From positions 1-44,804 of the IMG/VR virus record IMGVR_UViG_3300016474_000107: DNA of 44,804 bases; one strand, given 5' to 3'. This stretch comes from a virus (taxonomy: Duplodnaviria > Caudoviricetes). A program made the position numbers and the translations under genes. Below the pieces are notes generated by a model, which had not been told where the DNA came from, searched no databases, and was given only the letters and a program-made list of their open reading frames with translations. Below, in pieces: positions 35,798 through 44,804 of this stretch (position 1 is the first letter of the stretch; every line of letters begins with the position of its first letter).

Positions 35798-38700
35798 TTA
35801 AGCACAAGCAATGACACGTAGGTCTTTAATTCTAGGAACAGCAGCACTGTTAGTAGACTTTAGAACCAACTTAACTTGAACAGCGTCGAAGTTTGCTAGT
35901 TCAGGAGAAGAGAAGTTCATATCAATAAACTGGTTGCTTCCATTCTGCACGTAAACAACTGGAGCATCAGAAGAAAGTTGTGTGTAGTTAGTTGTGTCAA
36001 ACACAGCGTTAGAGCCAACAGTGTTTACACGATACCATACTTCAACAGCAGCTTCTGCTGGAATGCTTGCCGCAAAACGAACACGTAGGTAGTTCGATGG
36101 GTTTGCTAGGTTGACTTTCTTAGTCACATACTTGCTGTATGTAGTACTTGCAGCTGGAGCGATATCATCAACAAAGATCTCACGTTGTTTGATAGTCACA
36201 GCAGCGCCAGCAGACTCAGTAGTGAAAGTGGCGTTAGCGAATGCAACAGTCGTAGTAGTTCCGTTATCGACAACAGAAGAAACTAGGAAAGTGCCATTGT
36301 TTGCTGCATTAGATGCACCAGAAATAACTAGGTATTTACCAACAGCAACAGTCTGTAGAATCTGACGAGAAGTAGCGTTAGTAGTAGTGATGCTGTCTGG
36401 GTTAGAGTCTGCGAAAGCGATATTAGTTACCGCAGATAGCAGAGTGTTCTCATCCAAACCACCCACGTTGGTGTTAGTTTCAGAAGGGCTATTGACCTTG
36501 TTGGAAACAACAACCAAGCTAGTGCGAGCAGTATCTAGGATTGGAGACAGTGCATCATTCTCAGATTCCATAGTGACGTTGAACGTCACAGACTTGTTAC
36601 CACCAAGGCTATTGTTCTCGTTCACTTCAGAAGCAATCATGCGTGGAGTGTAGAAAGTATTAGTTTCGTTAGCAAGAACTTCTTGGAAATCGCCATCTTG
36701 AGCGTAAGCAACTTGAGAAGTGCTATCAACAGACTTACCGCTAGTAGTCTTGATGCCGAACGACGCAACAGTTTCAGAGAAAGTCTGAACATTAACCATT
36801 GGCTGTACAGAATCAAACTGCATGTTACGAGTAGCACGCATTGTATTTCCACCAGTGTAACCAGTAGAAGTAGCTGCAGTAGCAACAGTTACGCAGTAAG
36901 AATCTAGATCAACATCACTGATAACGTGAGTTGTGTAGATCTGGCTTGCTGGGATACCATTGATTGGAGGTGTATATTTGAAAGCACCAGCAGTAACTGC
37001 TACAGCACCGTTGGCTGCAAGAGTCAACGAAGTATTAGATGCAATAGAAGCAACCTTACCGATGTAAGTTCCAGCAGAGTTATACAACTCAGAACCAACA
37101 GATAGCTGAGTAGTAAACGCAGTACCAGAACCAGTAACAGCAGTTGTAGAAACTGAAGAAGTGATAGTTCCAGTGCCAGTGTAACCAGTTAGCTTTTGTG
37201 TAGTTAGATCAGAAACAACAACACGTGAACCAGCTGGCATGCCGTGGTCTTTCTGATAGAAACGAACCTTAGTTTGTCCAGTACGAGTTTCAACTGGATC
37301 GAAATCCAGACGTTGATACGGTAGAACGTCGTTGACGAACTCAATATCAGCAACAGTATTAGTTGCAAACTTGGCACGGTAGATAGTGAACTTCAGATCT
37401 TGCATCTGGTCGGCAGTCCAAGTAGATGCGTTTTGAGATTTGAAGAACACACCCATGTATGGTTGTTCAGAAATAGTACGGCTAGATCCTGGAATCTGGT
37501 CGCCTAGCTGAGAGATCCAAACCTTGTAGTTGTTTGAGTCAGAAGACAGAACGATTGCATACTCAGCGTTGTCCTGAACATAAACAGGAGATGGGAACAC
37601 GAAAGTAGTTGGAGTGTCGTACTTAGGTACAGAAACACCATCAACCATAACAGCATTACTAGAAAGATTGACCTGCTCTGGTTTCAGAGAAACTTTAGAG
37701 AATGGTAGAACTAGCTTACCTGGATATCCGTTAACAACTTCACGAAGTTCTAGGTTGACTGGAATCTTAGGGTCTTTAGAAGCAAAGAAGATGTCGATCT
37801 TGGTTAAGAACGCACCACCCTTTTGTTGGACCAAGAAAGTTTGAGCCAGAGGATCCCACCAGCCAGTGTCAGCAACAACACGCTCAGAAGTTTGAACGAT
37901 AACACGGTTGTCACGAACCTGCTCTTCAACCAACTCAGCATTACGAACTGCATTAACAGTTTGCTGACGAGTCTCAAGAATACCTTGAGCACGGTACATA
38001 GCACGACCACGAGAAGTGAATGCGCCTTGTGCTTGGTTAGTATCAACCAATTTGAACTCACGCTGTCCAGCACGGAAGCGGATAGAGTCAGTGTTAGGGA
38101 TATTGAATAGTAGGTGAACATCACCACTAAAGTTAGTGACGATAGAACCACCAGTAGAACCAGAAGCGATAGACTGGAAAGTGCCACGTGCGCCAGTAAT
38201 AGAACCTAGAATCTGCTCAGAAGCAGAGAAAGTTCCTTTGACGTTGTGTACAAACAGAGAATATGCGCCAGTGTCTGGATTATATTCAGTTCCAACTACA
38301 ACAGCAGTTGCTCCAGAAGTTTGACCAGTGATCACATCACCCTTGTTCAAACATACTTGAGAGTCGCCGTTGATACGACGAGCAGTGTCAGCAGAAAGAC
38401 CACCGACGTTTGTTTGTGTATCAAACACGCCAGAAACTGGAGTGTATAGAATCTTAGAGGCAGAAGTGCAGTAAGCAGAAACGTCGATATCGTCGAAGAA
38501 TGGGTAGAAGCGAGTGTTCGGCTTCAGACCACGAACTTGGACTAATACGTTACGGCTACGGATGTAAGGGATAGCTGCAGTAGAAAGAACACGATCGGCA
38601 ACAACTTGCTTATCAATCTTAGCTACTAGAGTAGTCTTAGTACCAGTACGAGATTGACCGATTTGAGTAGCGAATGTGTCAACAGTAACTTGACGAGCAT

Positions 38701-41700
38701 TAGTATGACCACGTTCTGCAGCACCGAAACGTGCCTTCATATCAGCAATAGAGATACGAACATCACCTTGACCAGAAGCCCAGTTATCACCAGCAGTGTA
38801 AACTGTACGTCCGATACGTTGTGATGCACCAGCCCATTGGTTTTGCCAAGAGTTCCAAACAGTACCTAGAACACCTGCCTTTTCAGCGATGTTCTTAATT
38901 GTGTTAAAGTTACCTTCTACTTCAACAATCAAGTCTGGACGACGATCAACTTCAAACCAGTCGTCAGATGGTGGGTTTAGGTTAACAACACCAAGGAATG
39001 TAAAGATAGCAAATGGGTTAATGTTCTCTAGACGAGAAGCATACTCTTGCTTGATAAGTGGTACGTGCTCAGTGACTGGTAGAGTGATAACATCACCATA
39101 CAGCTGGTAGTTTGCAGCAGCACGAGCAGCAGAAGTAGAATTCTTCTCGATTAGGTTTACGTTGTTCATGGCGAAGAATGGGCGCAGTTCTGCGTTTTCC
39201 ATATCAATCGCACATAGGTAATCAGGGCTGCTTACATCACCAGTATTGTGTCCAGTGAATCCGTCTACGATGAAACCGTTCTTGAAGCGTGAGTCGCCAG
39301 CAGCGTCAATAATATCTAGAGACTCAGTCTGTTGCTCTAGTAGAGACAGAGAAGTGTAGTATTCTAGATTGTCAATACGCTTTTCTAGTTTGCCGATATC
39401 ACGCATTGTGTAACGCTTGTTGTCAACAGACTGGATAGCTACGTTATTGCTACTAGTACCAAAAGTGTAAGGCTCTAGCGATAGGTTGTATAGAACCATA
39501 CCCAAAGCTGGGTCAAGAGCATCACCTGGATTTAGGGATGGAACGCCATCAATAGCAAAGAAGTTACCATCAAAGTCAATAGCAATCTTAGTCTTACGTG
39601 ATAGGTAGTATTGGAAATCAGCACGAACATCAACGCCACGTTTAGGTACTAGAGATGCTGAAGAACCAGATCCAGAGAATGTAGCGCCATCGTCAGAAAT
39701 ACGTGGACGGAAGTCGATAACATCACGTAAAGCAACACCTTGGAAGTAAGGGATAGCTGCATAAGCTACGTTGCTTGGATAAGAGTTAACAGTGAAATAA
39801 TCACCAGTAGAGTGAGAGAAGTATTCCCACTTAACTTCAATCGGTGCAGTTGGCGCAGAGTAAGAAGATTTTAGAACCAAGCGAGCGACATCATAGTGTG
39901 TGATTCGTTGACCGTTATCGAAGTCGAAACGATCAGTAATGTCAATGCTGTAAGTAGAACCTGGACTTGCAAAAGTTCCAGACTTCATCTTAACGCTGAT
40001 TAGGCGATAACCGTCTGCTTTGCCTAGTAGCAGTTCAGTCTTAGTAGTCGCAGCTTGTGTAGTGAAAGAAGTAGTATCTGTTACAGAAACCAGAGTCTTA
40101 GACTTCTCAGTTAGTGTAACGCCAGACTTATTAACTGCACCGATGATAATGAAGGGTGTAGAAGCGAAAGTGTCTGGTAGAGTAAATTGAACAGTAGAAC
40201 CAGATACGTTGATTGCGCTTGGAACAACAATAGTGCCGCCAGAAGTAGCACTATTGTTAACTAGAATGTAGTTATCAGTTTCGGCTGCAGATGCAAATGT
40301 ACCAGAAGAAGTAGTAGCAGTAAGAGTACAAGTACCACCAGAACCACCAGAAGAAGTTCCAACAAACTTCTCATAAACTGAGTAAGTAGTATCGTTAGTT
40401 CCAGAAGAACTACGAACAGACTTGATAGCGTAGTATGGTAGTTGGTAAATTAGACTAGAATTCTCTGGCTCATAGATCTCAGTTCCAACACGATTGATAA
40501 CAGAACCAGTAACAGTACCGCTAAATGCGCTGTCGATAGTCAAAGAAACTTGGCTTGCGATGGCAGTAACACGTTTGATTTCAGTGTTACCGATTGTGTT
40601 CACAACGCTGATGTAATCACCAACAACTAGATCAGTTTGGAAAGAAGTTCCAGAACCAGTTAGCGTAGTTGTTGAGGCAGAAACAGAACCAATCAAACGC
40701 TTGTTGATTGGCTTAATGTCTGCAGAGAAACTTAGTTGTGGATCACTGGATACGTTGAAGTACATAGACTTGACCTTGCGAGTGAAGTCTTGGTTGTTGT
40801 ACATCTTAACGTCAAACAGAGAAACCTTATATACAGCAGCTTGAGTAGAACGATCACCATCGTGCCATTCAATAGCACGAATACGGGCAGTACCAACTGC
40901 AGTTCCTACCGCAGTACCACGACCAGCAGTATTAGTGATTTGGCTGTATAGAGTTACAGTTGCAAAAGAATCAACTGGAGGTAGGCTGTTTACGTTAGTC
41001 ACTAGAACGTAGTTACCAACAGTTGCTGGAATAACTGCGTTGTCTACTTGAACGAAAGCACGAGACTTATCTACAGTAACATACTCAGTTGCGATCTTTT
41101 CGATCTCGTATCCCTGAACGTATGCTTTTCCTGGCTCTAGACCGACAGCAAGTTTGGCTTCACTACCGCCATCTTCTGGATCATAGATACCACGATTGTA
41201 ATAAGGAGCCTCGTTATATTCCCACTGAACACCAGTAGATCCTGGACCGTCATATGCAGTGCCAGTAGTGTGAGTAGGTGGGACGTTAATAGAAGTTGCG
41301 CTATTTTTAGCAACGTAAGTAACACCGTTATTAATAACTACGTCACCGATCAAGTATGCTTTGTTTTCAGCCCAAGAACCACGATTGTTGTTGCGGTGTT
41401 CGCGAATATCAATAGCGAAATTACGAACAGTGTAGTTACCAGACTCATCATAAGTACGACGAGCAAGAGTTTTTTCTAGTTCAGAGTAATCAGTTTTGAT
41501 TACGTGGCGTTTGATCTGACCACCTTCAACACGAAGTAACTCAACGAAGTCTACGTCATCAGTAGATTCAATAGTGCGTGTAGTTAAAGTTAGGTCGATG
41601 TAGTAACGGTGAGCACCTGGAGCCGCAAAGTTGTAGCTGTTTTGTGCGTTGTCCAGAAGCATCTCATATCCTGGATCTTCTGGAGTAATTAGTTTCTCAT

Positions 41701-42322
41701 CTACTTTTAGACCGATACGGTAAGTAGGAGTATTTGAGTATTTGTCAAGAGTAATAACTTGACGGTCAACTAGAACGAAGTAACCGTTGACATAGTAAAC
41801 ACCACGCTCAACAGTAGCAGTAGAACCAATACCAGTGGCACCAGAAGAGATAGCTTGAACAACGTAAGCAGCGTCTTCTGTTTCTTGTGGTGTTAAAATC
41901 TCGCCGTCAGCAAAAACTTTAGTGACGTTGTCGTCGGCTGAGTTAGTGTAACGTACGTAGATAGTTGCTGGGTCAGAACCAGTTGCGTTCTCGACTTTAA
42001 TAACCTGAGCAGTTAGACCATTCTCACCGACAAGAACTTTACCTTCTAAATTGTTAACATAAGTTTCAATAACAGCGCCAGCATAAACTGCTTGTAGCTT
42101 TACATAGTGAACTTCGGTATCAATCGAAGACTGTCCTGGAATAACCATTGCACCTTGTTTGAAGATGTGGTCGCCATGACGCTTGATCTGATTCTGCAGA
42201 ATAGTCTGCATTTGGGTAAGTTCACGTGCTTGAACCGCAAAACTTGGACGGAACAAAATTCGATAGAACTTATGGTTCTCGTCGAAGTCATCATTATATG
42301 GTTCGGTATTGAAATCGATCAT
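35798..42322 (-). CDS. Large virion structural protein, VrlC/DUF4815-like (2174 aa)
   Basis: PY.DDF....FYRILFRP..AVQARELTQ.Q.ILQ.QI, APGAHR, LARRTYDESG.Y, RYTMRDIGKLEKRI.NLEYYTSLSLLE, DPLAQTF, SQNASTW, PRIKDLR motifs. Confidence 0.92.
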   Translation of the reverse strand: MIDFNTEPYNDDFDENHKFYRILFRPSFAVQARELTQMQTILQNQIKRHGDHIFKQGAMVIPGQSSIDTEVHYVKLQAVYAGAVIETYVNNLEGKVLVGENGLTAQVIKVENATGSDPATIYVRYTNSADDNVTKVFADGEILTPQETEDAAYVVQAISSGATGIGSTATVERGVYYVNGYFVLVDRQVITLDKYSNTPTYRIGLKVDEKLITPEDPGYEMLLDNAQNSYNFAAPGAHRYYIDLTLTTRTIESTDDVDFVELLRVEGGQIKRHVIKTDYSELEKTLARRTYDESGNYTVRNFAIDIREHRNNNRGSWAENKAYLIGDVVINNGVTYVAKNSATSINVPPTHTTGTAYDGPGSTGVQWEYNEAPYYNRGIYDPEDGGSEAKLAVGLEPGKAYVQGYEIEKIATEYVTVDKSRAFVQVDNAVIPATVGNYVLVTNVNSLPPVDSFATVTLYSQITNTAGRGTAVGTAVGTARIRAIEWHDGDRSTQAAVYKVSLFDVKMYNNQDFTRKVKSMYFNVSSDPQLSFSADIKPINKRLIGSVSASTTTLTGSGTSFQTDLVVGDYISVVNTIGNTEIKRVTAIASQVSLTIDSAFSGTVTGSVINRVGTEIYEPENSSLIYQLPYYAIKSVRSSSGTNDTTYSVYEKFVGTSSGGSGGTCTLTATTSSGTFASAAETDNYILVNNSATSGGTIVVPSAINVSGSTVQFTLPDTFASTPFIIIGAVNKSGVTLTEKSKTLVSVTDTTSFTTQAATTKTELLLGKADGYRLISVKMKSGTFASPGSTYSIDITDRFDFDNGQRITHYDVARLVLKSSYSAPTAPIEVKWEYFSHSTGDYFTVNSYPSNVAYAAIPYFQGVALRDVIDFRPRISDDGATFSGSGSSASLVPKRGVDVRADFQYYLSRKTKIAIDFDGNFFAIDGVPSLNPGDALDPALGMVLYNLSLEPYTFGTSSNNVAIQSVDNKRYTMRDIGKLEKRIDNLEYYTSLSLLEQQTESLDIIDAAGDSRFKNGFIVDGFTGHNTGDVSSPDYLCAIDMENAELRPFFAMNNVNLIEKNSTSAARAAANYQLYGDVITLPVTEHVPLIKQEYASRLENINPFAIFTFLGVVNLNPPSDDWFEVDRRPDLIVEVEGNFNTIKNIAEKAGVLGTVWNSWQNQWAGASQRIGRTVYTAGDNWASGQGDVRISIADMKARFGAAERGHTNARQVTVDTFATQIGQSRTGTKTTLVAKIDKQVVADRVLSTAAIPYIRSRNVLVQVRGLKPNTRFYPFFDDIDVSAYCTSASKILYTPVSGVFDTQTNVGGLSADTARRINGDSQVCLNKGDVITGQTSGATAVVVGTEYNPDTGAYSLFVHNVKGTFSASEQILGSITGARGTFQSIASGSTGGSIVTNFSGDVHLLFNIPNTDSIRFRAGQREFKLVDTNQAQGAFTSRGRAMYRAQGILETRQQTVNAVRNAELVEEQVRDNRVIVQTSERVVADTGWWDPLAQTFLVQQKGGAFLTKIDIFFASKDPKIPVNLELREVVNGYPGKLVLPFSKVSLKPEQVNLSSNAVMVDGVSVPKYDTPTTFVFPSPVYVQDNAEYAIVLSSDSNNYKVWISQLGDQIPGSSRTISEQPYMGVFFKSQNASTWTADQMQDLKFTIYRAKFATNTVADIEFVNDVLPYQRLDFDPVETRTGQTKVRFYQKDHGMPAGSRVVVSDLTTQKLTGYTGTGTITSSVSTTAVTGSGTAFTTQLSVGSELYNSAGTYIGKVASIASNTSLTLAANGAVAVTAGAFKYTPPINGIPASQIYTTHVISDVDLDSYCVTVATAATSTGYTGGNTMRATRNMQFDSVQPMVNVQTFSETVASFGIKTTSGKSVDSTSQVAYAQDGDFQEVLANETNTFYTPRMIASEVNENNSLGGNKSVTFNVTMESENDALSPILDTARTSLVVVSNKVNSPSETNTNVGGLDENTLLSAVTNIAFADSNPDSITTTNATSRQILQTVAVGKYLVISGASNAANNGTFLVSSVVDNGTTTTVAFANATFTTESAGAAVTIKQREIFVDDIAPAASTTYSKYVTKKVNLANPSNYLRVRFAASIPAEAAVEVWYRVNTVGSNAVFDTTNYTQLSSDAPVVYVQNGSNQFIDMNFSSPELANFDAVQVKLVLKSTNSAAVPRIKDLRVIACA

Positions 42323-42353
42323 TCTTAACTCTTTATCCTAAAAGGTTCTCTTA

Positions 42354-42361
42354 TATTTATG
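42354..42361 (-). promoter_or_regulatory. Late promoter CATAAATA upstream of the 2174-aa gene
   Basis: Intergenic, just after the gp8 stop. Confidence 0.7.
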
Positions 42362-42363
42362 CG

Positions 42364-44802
42364 TTAGAAACGGATAATCGTTCTAAGAGTAACGGACTGG
42401 TCAACAGTAGGTGTGAATGCCTGTTTGTTGTCGATGAACAGTAGGTCACCAGAATATTTATCAGCCGTTGGAGGAGTTACTGCGCTTGCAGAGAAAGTAA
42501 AGTTGCCAGAGTTGATAAAGGTTGTGCCGATGACAGGCTCGAAGTTATCGAGAGACTGCGCAAGAATAGCAGAACCAGTATTAGTCACGATACGGAAACG
42601 CTTACCAGTAACAGACTCAGTGATGATAGAGTCTACTGGGAAGAACGTCGTGCTAATGTTACCAGAAATAACCCAGCAAGCAGAAGCAGCAATAGCAGTT
42701 AGGTTGTTGGTACCATTATAAACACGTGGGTTCTTTAGGATACCTAGTTGACGATAGTCGTTGTTTACATCAAAACCTTGGTTCTTATCGCCAGAGATAT
42801 TAGTGTAGAACATCAGAGTGCGAGCAAACAAACCATTGACAGCGTACTTACCATGCCCACCATAAGGGGTGATAACAGCACGTGCTTTAGCACCATAACC
42901 GTTACCGTTGATAGAAACAGTAGCCCAACGATAACCTGTGCCGTAGTTAGTGATAACGATCTTCTTAATGAAACCGTTTTCAATAACAGCACTAGCTTCT
43001 GCGCCGACACCATCGCCGTTGATAGTTACAGTTGCAGCAGCATAACCCCATCCACCAGAAATAACTGGAATGGACATGATACGACCATCTAGAGTCAACA
43101 ACTCAATGTTAGCTTGTAGAGTGTTAACATCTCCTGGAGACAAGTCAGCAGAAACTTCAGCACCGTCGCCATCACCGTTGACAGTAATAGTTGCATACGT
43201 ATAACCAACACCACCATCATCAATCTGAACATCAATCAGCTGACCGAATGTTGAATAATACTTAAACTGAGCAGTGCCGTTCGGGGCAATACCAGAAGTG
43301 TGTGTAGGTGGCGAAGAACTAGTAGTACCAGCCACAACAACAGTATATACGTTCTGGTTGTAAGAAATTTTCTGTCCCTTTGTTACAGCAGTAGTAGCAA
43401 CCCAAGGATTACCAGTGTAATCGTTAGCAAAGATAGGAACAAGTTTAGCTTCAGACTTAACGCCAGAGAAGTACATGGATGCTCCTGAACCAGACAATCC
43501 ACCAATAGTGATTGTAGGAAGAGCAGAGTATCCTGCGCCATACTTCAGAGGTGCAGTACCAACTGCAGGAGAACCTGCATAAGCTAATGTAGCTGTACCG
43601 TTAGAAGCTGATCCACTCAAGTGAGTTGGTGCAGTAGTGCTAGTTGTGCCAGCGCCAGTTACAGTATACAAACGGTTAGAGTACCAGATCTGCTGTCCAA
43701 TAGTGACAGCAGTAGAAGCTGTCCACTGTGTACCAAATGTAACAGTAGGGGCAGTGGTATAGTTAGATCCTGGATCGTTGATGATAACTTTGATTACAGA
43801 ACCATTAGCAATAACAGCAGTTGCTGATGCGCCAGAACCATCACCAGAAAAATTAACAGCAGGTGCTACTGTGTATCCAGAACCATTGCTAGTGATCTGA
43901 ACTTCACGAACCATACCATACAAAGTGATTCCTGTAATAGTTCCACTAGAAACAGTTGCAGTTGCAGTGGCACTTGTACCAATATATTTAAGAGCAGCAG
44001 TACCGTTACTAACGATACCTTTTCTATGAACTGGACCAACAGTACCAGAAGTTCCAGCAATAGCAACTTCGTATACGTTGTCATTATAAGACAGTTTCTG
44101 ACCCAAGAACATAGTTGTGTTAGCCAACCATGTAGATACGTTTGTGAATGGCGGTTCGATACTGATTACTGGAGAAGAGTATCCAGTACCACCAGACTCA
44201 ATAGTAACACTTGTTAGGTAAAGCGGATCGGATTCTAGATAACCGTCACCTTGTACAGAGATAGTTCCAGTAGAATAACCAGTACCAGCGTTATCAACAC
44301 GAACGGTTTGAATATTGCCGTTAGAGTAAAACTGATTGCGTAGCGCAGTAACAACTGGCATATACTCATCAGTTAAGAATTTGGTGCGAAGCGCAATTGG
44401 AATGTTATACAGAAACTTCCACATGTAACCATCTGGGAAGGTTACTGGGTCGACAGTTGTGCCGATAGGTTTGTATTGAGAAACTGCACCATTGTTATTA
44501 TCAAGACACTTGTATACGTTATACTCATCAGTGACTACATAAAACTTACATTCTTCTAACTTAGAAGAACCAGAAGGTGCTACATTAACAACAGCAGTTG
44601 CTAAAGCAGACTGCCCACCACCACCAGCAATATGAACTGATGGAGCGAACTGATATCCAGTGCCACGTGAGTTTAATTGAATATCGATAACCTTACCGTC
44701 TAAAACAGTAGCAGTAGCAGCTGCACCAGTACCGCCAGCATCAGTTACAACAACATGCGTTAGTTGAGCTGTACCATTGGCAACAGTACCGTCTGTGTGA
44801 GA
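42364..44802 (-). CDS. gp8: Baseplate wedge subunit with multiple inserted modules (5' end outside the window)
   Basis: The frame stays open from 44424 to the window edge: ...FYVVTDEYNVYKCLDNN...DGYMWKFLY.IP; also P.GGHG, NDYRQLGILKNP, YSGDLLFIDN...IIRF. Confidence 0.9.
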   Translation of the reverse strand, partial: SHTDGTVANGTAQLTHVVVTDAGGTGAAATATVLDGKVIDIQLNSRGTGYQFAPSVHIAGGGGQSALATAVVNVAPSGSSKLEECKFYVVTDEYNVYKCLDNNNGAVSQYKPIGTTVDPVTFPDGYMWKFLYNIPIALRTKFLTDEYMPVVTALRNQFYSNGNIQTVRVDNAGTGYSTGTISVQGDGYLESDPLYLTSVTIESGGTGYSSPVISIEPPFTNVSTWLANTTMFLGQKLSYNDNVYEVAIAGTSGTVGPVHRKGIVSNGTAALKYIGTSATATATVSSGTITGITLYGMVREVQITSNGSGYTVAPAVNFSGDGSGASATAVIANGSVIKVIINDPGSNYTTAPTVTFGTQWTASTAVTIGQQIWYSNRLYTVTGAGTTSTTAPTHLSGSASNGTATLAYAGSPAVGTAPLKYGAGYSALPTITIGGLSGSGASMYFSGVKSEAKLVPIFANDYTGNPWVATTAVTKGQKISYNQNVYTVVVAGTTSSSPPTHTSGIAPNGTAQFKYYSTFGQLIDVQIDDGGVGYTYATITVNGDGDGAEVSADLSPGDVNTLQANIELLTLDGRIMSIPVISGGWGYAAATVTINGDGVGAEASAVIENGFIKKIVITNYGTGYRWATVSINGNGYGAKARAVITPYGGHGKYAVNGLFARTLMFYTNISGDKNQGFDVNNDYRQLGILKNPRVYNGTNNLTAIAASACWVISGNISTTFFPVDSIITESVTGKRFRIVTNTGSAILAQSLDNFEPVIGTTFINSGNFTFSASAVTPPTADKYSGDLLFIDNKQAFTPTVDQSVTLRTIIRF

Positions 44803-44804
44803 AG

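Noticed and set aside
1-44804. tRNAs, introns, inteins, homing endonucleases
   Set aside because: Intergenic gaps are short and explained by promoters or terminators; core enzymes are of normal length and uninterrupted. Not confirmed by a computational scan.

Overview
The window is a 44.8-kb piece of a T4-like myovirus genome, with every credible gene on the minus strand. Gene order resembles the cyanophage/pelagiphage-type T4 superfamily rather than T4 itself. In transcription order (right to left): baseplate wedge gp8 (5' end outside the window); a 2174-aa VrlC/DUF4815-like virion protein; a ~13-kb fibre/adhesin island; neck and tail-completion genes gp13-14-15; terminase gp17 (no gp16 in its usual slot); sheath gp18, tube gp19, portal gp20; prohead core genes, protease gp21, scaffold gp22, major capsid gp23; gp3, uvsY, uvsW; late sigma factor gp55; an AAA+ ATPase; gp47/gp46; and a truncated HExxH protein. 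Late promoters read (A/C)ATAAATA; five sigma70-type promoters and two UUCG terminators are visible. The most striking feature is the fibre island. Two different fibres end in the same C-terminal 'socket' motif, and three tandem cassettes each encode 2-3 closely packed paralogous tip proteins plus one small partner from a single family. This suggests a plug-and-socket, possibly heterotrimeric and interchangeable, receptor-binding system. Also notable: a dyad-symmetric pair of divergent promoters upstream of gp55, one firing antisense toward uvsW, and repeat/glycan-binding modules inserted into core structural proteins. All calls rest on motif recognition and synteny; no database searches were run and the host is not determinable.
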